Shown piece after piece: positions 1-11,924 of a stretch of DNA of 64,000 nt. Positions within the stretch are counted from its first letter, which is position 1. Each line of letters opens with the position of its first letter. Under the pieces are notes generated by a model. The model searched no databases, was not told the DNA's origin, and saw only the letters and a program-made list of their open reading frames with translations. Origin of the DNA: Eledone cirrhosa (taxonomy: Eukaryota). The translations under genes and the position numbers were made by a program. The DNA lies in assembly GCA_964016885.1 (NCBI GenBank), contig OZ024740.1:360468001-360532000 (forward strand), written 5' to 3'.

Positions 1-624
1 TTGGAAAGGTAGATGTAGGCTGGTGAAGGGTGGGATGTAAGGATGAGGGTGAAGAGTGAAGTGTTAAGATGTGGGTGGAGGTATATGAAAGGAGGGGAGG
101 GAAAATGGTAAATACACGATGTATGCTTCAACCCATGCACATGGGATGGTGGATCTTCTGTATTACTGAATAATGCCATAATTAACTATATCCCCCCCCC
201 CCCCCCCCCCCAATGTTTGTTGCCTGGTGTGCACTGTATTAGTAAGCCGGGCAAAATCCTTTCAGGTTCTGAGTTCATATCCCATCAAATTATCATCCTT
301 TTGAGTTTAATAAAATATGTACTACTATCATACTGAACCGATTGATTAAAATTGACATGGTTGGATTAAGCTTGCATGAGTCCCTTACATCAAACTGAAA
401 TGATTGGAGAGGTCCTTTAAATATTGCAAGGCACCTGGCTACAGTTCAACCAGCCACCTAGTGCCTTTAATCTTCTGCCGTTGACACTCCTTTCCCCAAA
501 CATGTGACCTTGTGTGCTAATACGAAAAATCATTAAATTGTTATCCTTATTATTATGCAACTGCTAAGTGATGGTAGAGATGAGTTCCTAATAAACAAAG
601 TCCATGACTTGGTTTTGATTCTCT

Positions 625-790
625 GGTCTTCTTTTACTAGTTTCAGTCATGAGAACTGAGGCCATGCTGTTGCACTGCTTTCAAGGGATTTAGTTGGTCG
701 TATTGGCCTCAGTATATATTTTTTCAATGCTGTTATTTATTTTATCGATCTCTTTTTATCAAACTGCTAAGTTATGACTAGATAATTTAT
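625..790 (-). mobile_element. SINE 3' half (same family as 11140-11430)
   Basis: TCTTTTACTAGTTTCAGTCAT...GGCCATGCT...TTTATCGATC...CTAAGTTATG is the reverse complement of the 3' half of the copies at 11140-11430 and 22840-23045. Confidence 0.55.
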
Positions 791-2362
791 TTCATGTATG
801 CTTTTCATACTTTTCAGAAAAGCATGAACCCCCCCCCCCTCTCTCTCTCTATATATACACAAACTCACCTCAATGTACCACTGCCAACCATAGTTCTTAT
901 TTAAGAGATCAATCAATATTGTGCAAACTCCTAGAATGGCTATGCTCCCACTAACACACCTCACTGGTTAGATTACATAACTAATACGCATTGTAGCATC
1001 TCATTTCTTTGATTAAAAATCTGCCATACCAGTAATATCATGGGAATATTAATTTCACTATAGGCCTAATCCTACTCCTCCTTATTATGTAGCTTAGAAC
1101 CTTGCAGCATTATTTTAGCCCGGGATTCCAAGCCCGCCAGGGCTATATTTTGCTATTCATCTCTCCAGGGTCGGTATATAATAAGTACTGAGATCGATAA
1201 AATCGACTACGAAAAATCATTATTATGCAGCTATTAGAATGCGTCTGTGCAGTGGTATTTTCTGCTGTTGCTAGACATGAGATTATCCAGGACTACGCTT
1301 TGCTGCAATGTGTCAATCTTGATTCAAGTGTGTGTATATATGTGCATATGGTTGTCGTGTGTGTGTGTGTGTTTATTATTATCGTGTTTGTATCGACAGA
1401 GATTTTAATTTATGCATAGAACCGTGCAAATAGATGTGTGTGTGTGTGTGTTTATATATACATATACAGAGTGTCCCCCCAAAATGTATACACTTTGATT
1501 ACCTGTACAGGCAATATTTATTAGAATGCACAGCCTTTGTGTATACATTTTGGGGGAAGACCCTGTATATATATATATATATATATGTGTGTGTGCGTGT
1601 GAACATCCTTTTGACCTAAACATTGGGAAAATGTGTAATGTCGTCTCAATGTAAATGACTAATAAAGTCGACCACTATGAAAATCGGGTAACGTACCCCT
1701 GGAGTCGAAAAGAATGGTCATATTTTCCGTCTCCAAGTGTAATTTAGCCATTTACTCAACTATTATAGCGACTTTTATTATAGTCGTTCGCATTGGAACG
1801 AATACATCACACACACACACATCTGTATGTGGTTGACGGCAGGAGCGAACTTTTTTATATAGACACTTGTGGCTGTGTATATTCAGTATATGAGATGTAT
1901 AAGTATACATACTATTTACATATATGTTTAGTTCTAACACTCTTCCTTTAGTCACGCTAACAATACAGATTCTCGTGTTTGCTCTTTGTACAGTGATTTT
2001 CAATTTAATTTTCTTCTTTCTGGCTTTGATTCCAACATCGTGACGATACCAAATTGGGAAATCTAGTTAATGTGAAAACTGCTGGGTTGGTCTGCTAGCT
2101 TGTGGTGGTTAATTAACGACGAGTGTGTCAAACGTGTGTCAGTTAACCTGGTCACGTTGATTTACTTTCTCTTTCTCAACACCACCACTGCATTTCTTAT
2201 GCGTCAGCAGACTTTCATTCATGCGTGCAGTTTTCCATGAAATGTTGGGTGTGTTGGCAGTTACAACGTGATTTTGTATCTTCGTTAATTTTTCTGGGAA
2301 AAAAACAAGTTTAACGATGTAAAACTAAGTTGATACTAAAGGAGGGATGGGGGAAAAGATCT

Positions 2363-2427
2363 TGCTGACGTCACAAGTTTTCTGGCTTTTTGATTGGCTG
2401 CTAACCTGTAGGCGAAGCTTTTAAATA
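2363..2427 (+). promoter_or_regulatory. Core promoter: palindromic CRE, inverted CCAAT box, TATA-like element
   Basis: TGACGTCA at 2366-2373. TGATTGGCT at 2391-2399 is AGCCAATCA (NF-Y consensus) on the minus strand. TTTAAATA at 2420-2427 lies about 180 bp before the ATG. Confidence 0.65.
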
Positions 2428-2607
2428 GAGTGAGCACATTCTTTTCATCCATTTATTAACTTTTTGCTAAATTGTTGTAGTGTTGCCAAAACCTTTGCTC
2501 TCTTCATACTTAAACAATTTCTCTCTCCATACAAACTAACAAAATCTGTTGAATTAATTCACTTGAACTCTATTATCTGGACGAGCTGATTTTATTATAT
2601 TTAAACT

Positions 2608-3303
2608 ATGACTGGAAAACGTCAAGAAGAAAAGGAGTCGGTTATGATGAAAACTTTCCCTCGTAGAATGCGACGGAATGCTCTGGCTTATATCTTTGAG
2701 AACGTTGAAGTTCATTTGAATGGTGATGGTGAAATTGATATCATGTCGGATGAGAAGCTGGAAGATCTAAAACAAAGTGTCGAATCTACAGACCAAGAGG
2801 TGTCGCAGGGTTCAGAAAACTTGTCCTGTCGCGACACAACAGGCTGTAGAGAAACTACGAAAGTGCTGTCCTTGCAAATTAGTCCGGAGGAAAGACTGGG
2901 TGGAAGCACCTTACAACTTTGCCCAGATATTAACCGACCAAGTTGTTTAATAAATATCTGTACTGCGGCAACTTCATCGACTTCTTCCTGTCAATTCATT
3001 TCTTCCAACTTCGATTCTTCCAACTTATCACCATCTGCTGAGATGTTAACCATAAACTTTCCCGACGACTCTTCATCGGACCTGTTGTCTCCGGAATCTA
3101 ATATTCCAAAATGCTTCTCAATGTCTCGAACCCGACGAAATGCTTTACATGATTTGCTGGAAACGTTAACCGAAGCGGATTTGGAGAAGCTGAAATCTTT
3201 GTACCAGTCATCTCTGGCAAATGCATCTTCTTATTCTTACACGTCGCCTTTCTCTGATCTATATCAGGGCCCCACGAGGAACCTCCACGAGTGTACGGCA
3301 TGA
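2608..3303 (+). CDS. Intronless 231-aa acidic/Ser-rich protein with two PKI-like pseudosubstrate motifs (RRMRRNAL, RTRRNALHDLL)
   Basis: Longest non-repeat ORF in the window, with normal amino-acid composition, A at -3 of the ATG and no upstream ATG back to the TATA-like box. Motif 2 (3127-3159) aligns with PKI-alpha RTGRRNAIHDIL; motif 1 is at 2662-2685. Confidence 0.7.
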   Translation: MTGKRQEEKESVMMKTFPRRMRRNALAYIFENVEVHLNGDGEIDIMSDEKLEDLKQSVESTDQEVSQGSENLSCRDTTGCRETTKVLSLQISPEERLGGSTLQLCPDINRPSCLINICTAATSSTSSCQFISSNFDSSNLSPSAEMLTINFPDDSSSDLLSPESNIPKCFSMSRTRRNALHDLLETLTEADLEKLKSLYQSSLANASSYSYTSPFSDLYQGPTRNLHECTA

Positions 3304-4505
3304 ACATAGCATTCTATCGGAATTATTGACCGCTGATAGAATATTTTGTATACCCTGGAGTGAGAATTTCTCCTCCTCGTTTGCCCACTCGACAAGTGAT
3401 GCGCTGTCCGCTGAGGAAATACGAGCTTGGCATGGAAAAATTATACTGATGCCGATAATGAAGAAGCCAATCGTCCTAACAACTCTAAACTGGCAGTAAT
3501 GAAGGAAGGGGGAAAAAAGAAAACAAGTGACAGAAAAAAAAGGAACTGTTCAATTGTAGACTGATTTTTTTTAAAATTTTGTTTATACTGTGATGTAAAC
3601 TCTCTTCATTTCTTGATCTGGAGAAAGTGCTCACCTTGATGTAACACCGAACTGTAGTTTTACTTACATTCGAGTCGCTTGTTGTTGAGGCTAATTCTGC
3701 CTTTGATCCCACTGAATCCTGTGGCATAATGGTCGTGGTATTTATGTGTATCTTTTATGATATTCCATTGAAAAAAACAAAAAACAGAAGCTATACACAG
3801 ACATTAAAACACAAATATATTACACATGCTAAAGAATACAAGAAGCTTTCTGTAAGTTAAATATTCCCGGGTATGAAATAAGCTTTTTTTTTTTCTGATT
3901 GTAAAATTTATCTCTCCATTCGTCTGTCTATCCCTTTCTCGCTCTGTCTACACACTAACAGTCACTTAGTTCATTCAACCTCTTATCTCTTAATTACATT
4001 TTTTTTTTTATAAGTGAACTTTTGTAATAAATGTTTCACAATTAATTTATACATTAATTTCACCTCAGCAATTTTATATATATTTTTCATTTTTATTAAA
4101 CAATTGAAACTTCGAATTTCAATTATTTACTTGGCTTTATTATTTACAAAATAATTTATATTTCGGGGTGTCTTCATAGAAAGAGCGTTTTCTTATTCCT
4201 TGCAATTCTCGTATATCGGGATTAATGTAGGTACAAACCAGGAAGATGGAGTGGCGAATTAAATATTTCATAAGTAATTTAGTCTCGTCTCTCTGCTTTC
4301 TTAGTTCAAATACTATTAGTGGGTGCCAGCTTTACTTTTTGTCTCTTCGGAGGGAGGGGAGTCGATAAAATAAGTACCAGTCGTGTACTGACGATAGTTC
4401 AATTGACTAAACCCACCCTCTTACAAAATCGAGGCCTTATAATAAGGATAATAATAATGAATTATTATATGGCCTTGCTCTTTCCACAAGACTCACACAC
4501 GCGCT

Positions 4506-4538
<33 letters not shown>

Positions 4539-6104
4539 CCAAATTATCAACATATCATCATTTACTTATCACTGTTTGCCTTCGAAACATTTATCTTTTT
4601 AATAAATGTATTTAAATAAGTCAAAGTATTTCTCAGTTTCTTTTTCTCAATGTTTGAGAAGGTGTTGAAGAGAAAAATGAAAATGTTTGGCGATATCGCC
4701 AAATGTTTAAATGCATTTACATTTTTTAACTGTTTTATTTTGTGATTGGACCGTTGTGTTTTTTAAATATCGTTTGATTGATCGATTTACTGTTTGATGC
4801 TTACTGCTTTTAAATGTTATCACTATTCAAAAGATGTTGCTATGTGAAAACAATATATTATTATTTGTTACTGTGATCCTTTTTGCGCTAATGACATCTA
4901 CATATCCGTTATATGTGTGTGTTCTATAGCCCCAAGTCAGCCCTGATTGAGCACGGTTATGATTATCTCGCATTTTTCAGGCCTAGTGCACTTTGGACCA
5001 CACAAGCTAATGAAAGTTTTTTTTTAAAGGAATTCTTCATCATTCTCATACATTTGATAATGTCGTCCTAGACTCACTACGTCTGAAAGAAGATGGAATG
5101 ATCGCGGCTTCAATAATTTTGATCATAGGTCTCCTCCTTCGGGGCTGTCCTCTATATGTACAAGTTCAGGGAGTTTAGTGTATATAATAAGGTGCTCTTT
5201 CAGAACACTAACATTCAGATATTTTGTTATCTTCGTTGTAGTTAAAAAACATTTTTTTTTAAGTAGAGAAAATGAATGAATAAAAATATTGCTGTGTGGT
5301 TAAGGTGTTCGCTTCGCAACCACATGATTTCGGGTTTCGATAAAAGTCATTGACCAATGTCTCGAGTGAAATTTGGTTGATGGAAACTGCAGATGCTCGT
5401 CATGCATATAAAGTAAAAACAAGTTACCAGACATAATAAACGAATGTATATGACAAGTTCATAAATTTAACAAGAAAAAAAAAACAATCAAATATATATT
5501 TGATTCTTTTCTTCGGCTTTGTTTTCCTCATAAGCTTTTAATAATGCATATTTTTAGTTACATTTTGCAGAGATACGTTTGTTTCCACTGTTGAAATATA
5601 TATAAAAATGTATTCAATGCTTTCATTTGCTTAATACTTTCTATTTGTGTTTGTATTAGATTAAAGGGCTGAAACACTCGCTTGAGGAGGGCCTTTTTTC
5701 TGAAAACCTTCTGCTGTCCAACTCTCCTGAGTTTCTAACCACAATGTAAATTTGGACGTTTTATTCATCATGCCTTCCAATTTTTTGTAAATAGTGAGCA
5801 ATTTCGGGTAAATAATGAATAATAATGCCATTTGCTCTACGCCTTCGAAAATGTATCTCTGCAAAATTTAATTTTTGAAATATTCAGAAAGTTATGAAAG
5901 TAAGTCGATGGGACATTGAACGAGTTATGCCCGTTAGGTTTCGCCAATATTTGTATAGATGTTTGTTTATTTAAAGAAAAAATATTGTGATACATGTACT
6001 ATTTCTAATAACACCCAACTGTTAATCTCTATTTATTCCCCCTAATTCTTGAACAGCGCGCGATAGTTACAAGAACTGAACATGTTTTTCTAGTGTACTT
6101 AAAT

Positions 6105-6378
6105 TTACTGGATTTAGTCGATCATATCGACCCCTTAGTACTTATATTTTTCAAGTGCTACTTATTTTATCGATCACTTTTTGTCAAATCTCTAATTTCC
6201 GGATCCTAAAGAAAAAGGCACACATACACGACGGGCTTCTGCATTTTCCGTCTACCAAATTCCAATCACAAGGCATCTTTCCACCTGAAGTTATAGTAGA
6301 AGACACTTGCCCAAGGTACTGCGCTGTGGTACTGAACCAAGAACCGTGTGTTTGCGAAGCGAATCCTTAACTACACAA
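6105..6378 (-). mobile_element. tRNA-derived CORE-type SINE
   Basis: Minus strand reads a tRNA-like head with GGTTC, then CCTTGGGCAAGTGTCTTCTACTATA (CORE-like), then ATTTGGTAGACGGAAA. Homologous to 11140-11430 and 14575-14745. Confidence 0.65.
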
Positions 6379-6734
6379 TATCATCGAACCGTTTAATTGT
6401 GCTCCATAATGATGTGTATAGGACTGTTGGGCAAAAAAAAAAAAATATTGTTTCAGCCATAGGTGACTTGTAGGACTGCCGTTAATATCTTGTCAACGGT
6501 CCACGATGTACCACCAGCTAATTTCTGTGACTTCTCAACCACGTTAGAAACTCTTGTCCAGTCGTTACAAATGGTATACCACAAAAGGGTCGTTAAGCTC
6601 AATTGTATAGAGCTCAGCTGGAATTTGAGAGGTACAGAGTTAGATTCTCTATAGCGGTTGCCGACCACTTTTCCCTATAGATAGTGGTATTTTACCCGAT
6701 TTTCTAAGCTGTGTTCAGTTATTTCCTGCGTTTG

Positions 6735-6770
<36 letters not shown>

Positions 6771-7574
6771 TGCATTTTCTAAGCATTTCATCTCATTCGA
6801 CGTTCCAATGTTTATTTACAAATGCTGTTACATTAAAATTAAAATTAGCCAAATATAAATTGAAATTCTATATATAATATATCAACAAAGACTAAAATAG
6901 TACACCGTTTTTTTTTTGTAGTTTAATATATATTTGTTTTTGTAATATTTATAATGCTAAAATAAAGAACTTAAAGGGATTTAATAAAATAACAAAAAAT
7001 AAGTTTTTACATAAAATTATGATTGAAGGTTGTTTTTTTTTTTAGATAAATAACCCTTACAATATTTCTAAAGAAAAACGCTGCATATGATTTGCAATTT
7101 ATTTTGAAGTGTGACTGTTGTAAAAATGAAAGTTCAGGAATCTCAGGTCAGCTGTGACTAAATATCTTCCAAATTCCCTGCAAAACACCCTTGCTGTCTT
7201 CAAAATGAAGTGGGTTAAAATTCACTGTGCCTGTCAAGAGGGTTGCAGCATAAATCTACTCACTCACTCGGATTTAATAATTGTTTCTACTTTTGGCACA
7301 AGACCACCAATTACCCCAATGCATTACTGGTGCTTTAAGTTAACCTTGGGTTAAATAATAGCAACTTCTAACATAACAATTGCTTTGCCTCCAGAACTGA
7401 TCGCATCAACCATCATTCTTTTTGATATAAAGAAACACACAAGGGTAAGTATTGTGTATTAAGTACAACTACCTAAAAAAACTCTACATTTGTGGAGAAA
7501 CAATCTTAATGTGGCTATTGGAAAGTTCAATTACCTTTTATTAGTTAGAATCTTCATCCTAGACTGGATAGAGA

Positions 7575-7606
<32 letters not shown>

Positions 7607-7616
7607 ATCAGTTTAA

Positions 7617-8033
7617 TCCTTTAGCATTTAAACCAGCCAAATTTCTCTCACCCCTTTCTGTTCAAACCGGCCAGAATTCTCCACCTCTTTCTGTTGAAAC
7701 TGGCTGTAACTGGTTGCTCAAACTGATAAAGTATTGTTCTCAAAATAAATACTTTCAAAATCTCAGATTCGATATTATGAAAATATAATAGTATATATAA
7801 AATAATATGAATGCTAAAGGGTTAATCCTTTAGCATTTAAACTGGCCGAAATTCTCTCATCCCTTTCTATTCAAGCTGGTCATAACCAGCTACTCATACC
7901 AACATTAAGGTATTGTTCTCAAAATAAATATCAATCTCATAGATTCATTATTACATGAGATAATTATGTAAGGTAAAGCCTTTACCATGAAAATATAGCA
8001 GTATATATATAGAGTAATGTAAATGCTAAAGGG
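7617..8033. mobile_element. Two tandem ~205-bp TTAA-targeting (piggyBac-like) MITEs
   Basis: TIRs CCTTTAGCATT / AATGCTAAAGG. TTAA at 7613-7616, and a TTAA at 7822-7825 shared between the two copies (7617-7821 and 7826-8033). Confidence 0.65.
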
Positions 8034-10557
8034 ACCATCATTAGAGGGGTTGTCTTTTTTTATAGCATGAAGCTCTAGTCAAACATGGTCCTTAAAGTTC
8101 AAAGGTTTTATTTAATAAATAGCCAGGTTCTGGCACCTGCCTTGGCTCTTGATACCAATTTGCAATAAAATAGCCTCTAAATTCATAAAACAATACAACC
8201 CATTTTAAAGAGTTCCTATTTAAATTTTCCAACATATATAAGAATCTTTCAAGTTATGTTACAAAAACCATCTAAATAATGAAATAATAAATTTAGTAAA
8301 TCCCTTCAAATGCTTCATTAATTAATCCAAATTCAATATATTTCATTAGAAATATAACAACAAAAGGGTTAAAAAGTTTTAATCATGTGTAAGCATGTAA
8401 AACTCTTGTAATGCTACAATCACACAGCATAACATTGGCATCATAGTTTTCATAGGAGTATAATACACCAGAGATGTTCAATCATTCCAACCTGCAACAC
8501 ATTGTATAAGGCACAGTAGGTGTTAAAGCATGCCATCAGCTTTTTAGAAATCAGTGATGGATGCATGTGTAGAACTTTGCATTAAAACACTCAAGTTTTT
8601 TTTAATATCCTGTCATTTTCTCACTTAATTCTTTTGATATAAAGTTGTTTTCAAGTGCTTATGTTTTATCTGAAGCACTTCCAACCTTTGTTAAGTTGTG
8701 CTCCAAACACAAGCTTAATAATGAAAAATATATTTTTTATTACAAAATTTCTCCAAATTCTTGATTATTTTTATAATTATTTGAAAATCATAGGCAGTTT
8801 TTTTCATTAGAAATATGGGAGTGAAAGAGTTAGTGTTTATAATTATCTAAAAACCTTCCATCATAATTTGATATAAAAACCTATAAATTATACTCCAAAC
8901 ACTAGCTTAATAAGACATTTAGTTATTAAATCCCTTCAAATTCTTGATTATTTTCAAAATTATTTGAAAATCATAAGCAGTGTCTTTCATTTAAATATGG
9001 AAGGGTTAATTTATAGTGGAGGAAATGTTATTCCCTAAGGAATAGAAGCCAGTGTTTCAGGTAACACCAATTAAGTGTTCACCTCTCACCAAGAAATGAT
9101 TCTACTCACAACTTCTCTTCCCCACCGCATAAAATTTATTCCACTGTTTGAACAGATTGTATTACTAATTGTCGATACAAATCATCATTAGTTTCATCAG
9201 ATTCTACTGCTTTAATTTATTTGTATATGTGTGTGTGATATAAACATCACATTTGGCATATATATACAATATATATATTTAGGATCTATGTGATATTAAC
9301 CCTTTTGTCACCATAATTGTAATGAGAGACAGACACAGTCTATAATTTTCAAATCAAGATTTTGGTAGGATTTAGTAATATAAAAAACTTTCTCATTATT
9401 AAACCAGCATTTGGAACATAACTTAACAAAGATCCTTACATAACATTTTGGTAAGTTTTTAGGTTAATATAAAAGAGTTAGAGAACTATTTCCAAGGTGG
9501 TTTTCAAACTTGGAGAATATCACTCCTGTTACAGTAAATATCCTTTTGTACAGGTATCCTACACTAATCCATACATCATTAAAGTAAATACCATCTTATA
9601 CAAGTATCCTGCAACTATCCATACAAAATTATGAAAGTATTAGTAAAATATTTTCTTTTTTAATAGTATTTTCTAAATACTAAAAGCAGTGAAATAACTG
9701 AGTTGCTAGAATATCAGATAAAATATTTTGGCTTAAACCAACCCAAAACAAAGCAAAACCTAGTCACCTGACCATGCAAGCATGGAAAATAGACATTAAA
9801 CAATGATAACAATGAATACTTTATGGTATTCATTCCTGCTCTCTGCAATCTGAGTTCAAATCTTGCTATGAACTTTGCCTTTCATCCTTTCGAGCTCAAT
9901 AAACAAAAAACTACCAATCCTATGCTGGGGTGGAGTAGTTTTCCTTGCCCCTATCTCTCTCTCACACAGAAGAAGAAGAAGTAATCAACTTCATTCAGAC
10001 CTGGAGAGAAATGAGCTCTGCTAGGTTTTAATGCTCAAAAGAATGTATATCACTACTGTGCCCTAACAACTCCACGAGGAGTTAAGGGCCCATGCATTTT
10101 GGAGAGAACCCATTCAAAAATTGATAGAAATTGAAATGGGGTTGTCTTCCCTTGCTTAATTCCACTTTCATCTTAGAAATAATTTACTTGGATATTCGCC
10201 ACAATAGAGTGACTTTGTCTAACATGTGCAAGTTTTTAACTTTGTTTAAAATATGTGTGTATGTGTAAAGAGTATTAAAAATAATGAGGACCCTGTTGTA
10301 CTGTACTTCCTCAACACCCGACTGATGGTGCTTCTCTACAACTGATTGGCCTACTAGAAATAATAGTCAAATTTTACCCGTACCCTCTAAAATACAGCAT
10401 AGTTCTAGGTACATTAAATATATGATTCTCAACTAAACTGTTAGTATACTATAGAGTATAGTTATTGTAGTAGCAGCAGCAGCAGTTTTATTTGACACTG
10501 CATGTATATTAAATATACCAGGAGAATGTAAACAAATGCATATTCAATCCATCCATG

Positions 10558-10700
10558 TAGGTGGTTGAGCTTTGCAGCAAACAGTTACGGCCCTTTGTGG
10601 TCTGAGTTCAAATCTCGACGAGGTTAGCTTTGCCTTTCATCCTTACGGAGTCGATAAAATAAAATACCAGTAATACACTGGCCTCTTGCCAAAAGTAGAA
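10558..10700 (+). mobile_element. tRNA-derived SINE with central domain GCCTTTCATCCTT..GTCGATAAAATAA.TACCAG
   Basis: B-box-like GAGTTCAAATC followed by the conserved domain. Degenerate copies lie near 260, 1130, 4330, 9850 and 14030, with a good copy at 37360-37545. Confidence 0.6.
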
Positions 10701-11139
10701 ACAATTTTTAATACGCTTTAAACACACACACACATCTTTTCATATTGGATAGATATTAAAAATATACTATCTTTCCAACAATTTTTGTGGTGGCAGTATG
10801 TGTTGTACTGTGTAAATCTCATCTATACATCCTTTTTATCAATATATTATCTTCAGCTAACATACTTTCACATGTTTACAACAAGTTAGTAAGAGAGATC
10901 ACAAAATTACATACCAGCGACCTTGCTATGATACAAAGCACATTTGGAATAGTGGTATGGATGCCTTGCTACAACACAAAGGAGCTCTGGAATTTCTCTA
11001 GAAATTCTGGCAGCTTGACAGTTAAAACATGTGCCATATATACCTCATTAGTATATAGTTACAGGACAACCTTGAAATGTAATCAAACAACAACTAAGAA
11101 AGTTGTTAGAATCTATAGCTATTTTCAGTTGGCTTTGCA

Positions 11140-11430
11140 ACAACATGGTTCTGGGTTCAGTCTTGTTGTGCATTACCTTGGAGAACTGACTTCTACCATA
11201 GCCTCATGTTGACCAATGCCTTGTGAGTGGAATTTGGTAGGTGGAAACTGTGTGTATCTCTGTTCATGTCTATATTTGTGTCTTCGTTTATGTCACATAA
11301 CTTAGCACATCAACAAAAAAAGATATCAATAAAATAAAAATAAGAAAGAATAAGTACTAGAGTCAATATGATCAACTGAATCAAGGCAGTGCCTCAGTAT
11401 GGTTGTCAAATGACTGAAACAAGTAAAAGA
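11140..11430 (+). mobile_element. Near full-length degenerate CORE-type SINE
   Basis: GGGTTCAGTC head, CORE-like segment, internal TG-rich part and 3' end ATGACTGAAACAAGTAAAAGA. Confidence 0.6.
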
Positions 11431-11672
11431 AAAATAGAATCAAAGAATACCTAGGTAAGCTGATTAGTATTGAATATTGTTGTAGTGAGATGATATTAAC
11501 TATTGTTAAAATAAGTTAAATAAATAAACAGGTGGAAAATGTGTTCTTTCATCAACAAATGTATGTCTATAAAAGTGAATCTATAATATAATCAGGGCCA
11601 GTGTAACCATGAAAGCCAATTAGGCAGCTGCCAAAGGTGCAGAGCTCTGAGTAGCACATTACTGAACCTTAA

Positions 11673-11924
11673 CCCTTTTGGTACCAAACCACATGAAACC
11701 AGCTCTGGTTCTAGGATACAATACCATTTGTTATAAGTTATTTATATTTATCCTAAAAGCATCTATCATAATTTTATTTAAGAACCTTTAAGTTATGTTC
11801 CATATACCAGTTTAATAATGAGAGATTTAATTATATTACTAAATCCCCAAAGTTCTTATTGTTTAAAAAAATGATTTGAAAACCAGTGGTAGTGTCTTTC
11901 ATTAGAAATATGGTAATGAAAGGG
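11673..11924. mobile_element. TTAA-targeting MITE (second family), possibly nested in a hAT-like remnant at 11593-12231
   Basis: TTAA|CCCTTTTGGTACCA ... TGGTAATGAAAGGG|TTAA. Fragments of the same family occur at about 8130-8372, 8630-9010, 9297-9480, 12570-13090, 13340-13735 and 23265-23580. Confidence 0.6.

Noticed and set aside
3221-3499. 92-aa ORF as an independent gene
   Set aside because: It overlaps the end of 2608-3303 and has no promoter of its own. Kept only as a possible frameshifted extension.
10787-11212. 141-aa ORF
   Set aside because: GTG start, runs into a SINE, no recognisable domain.
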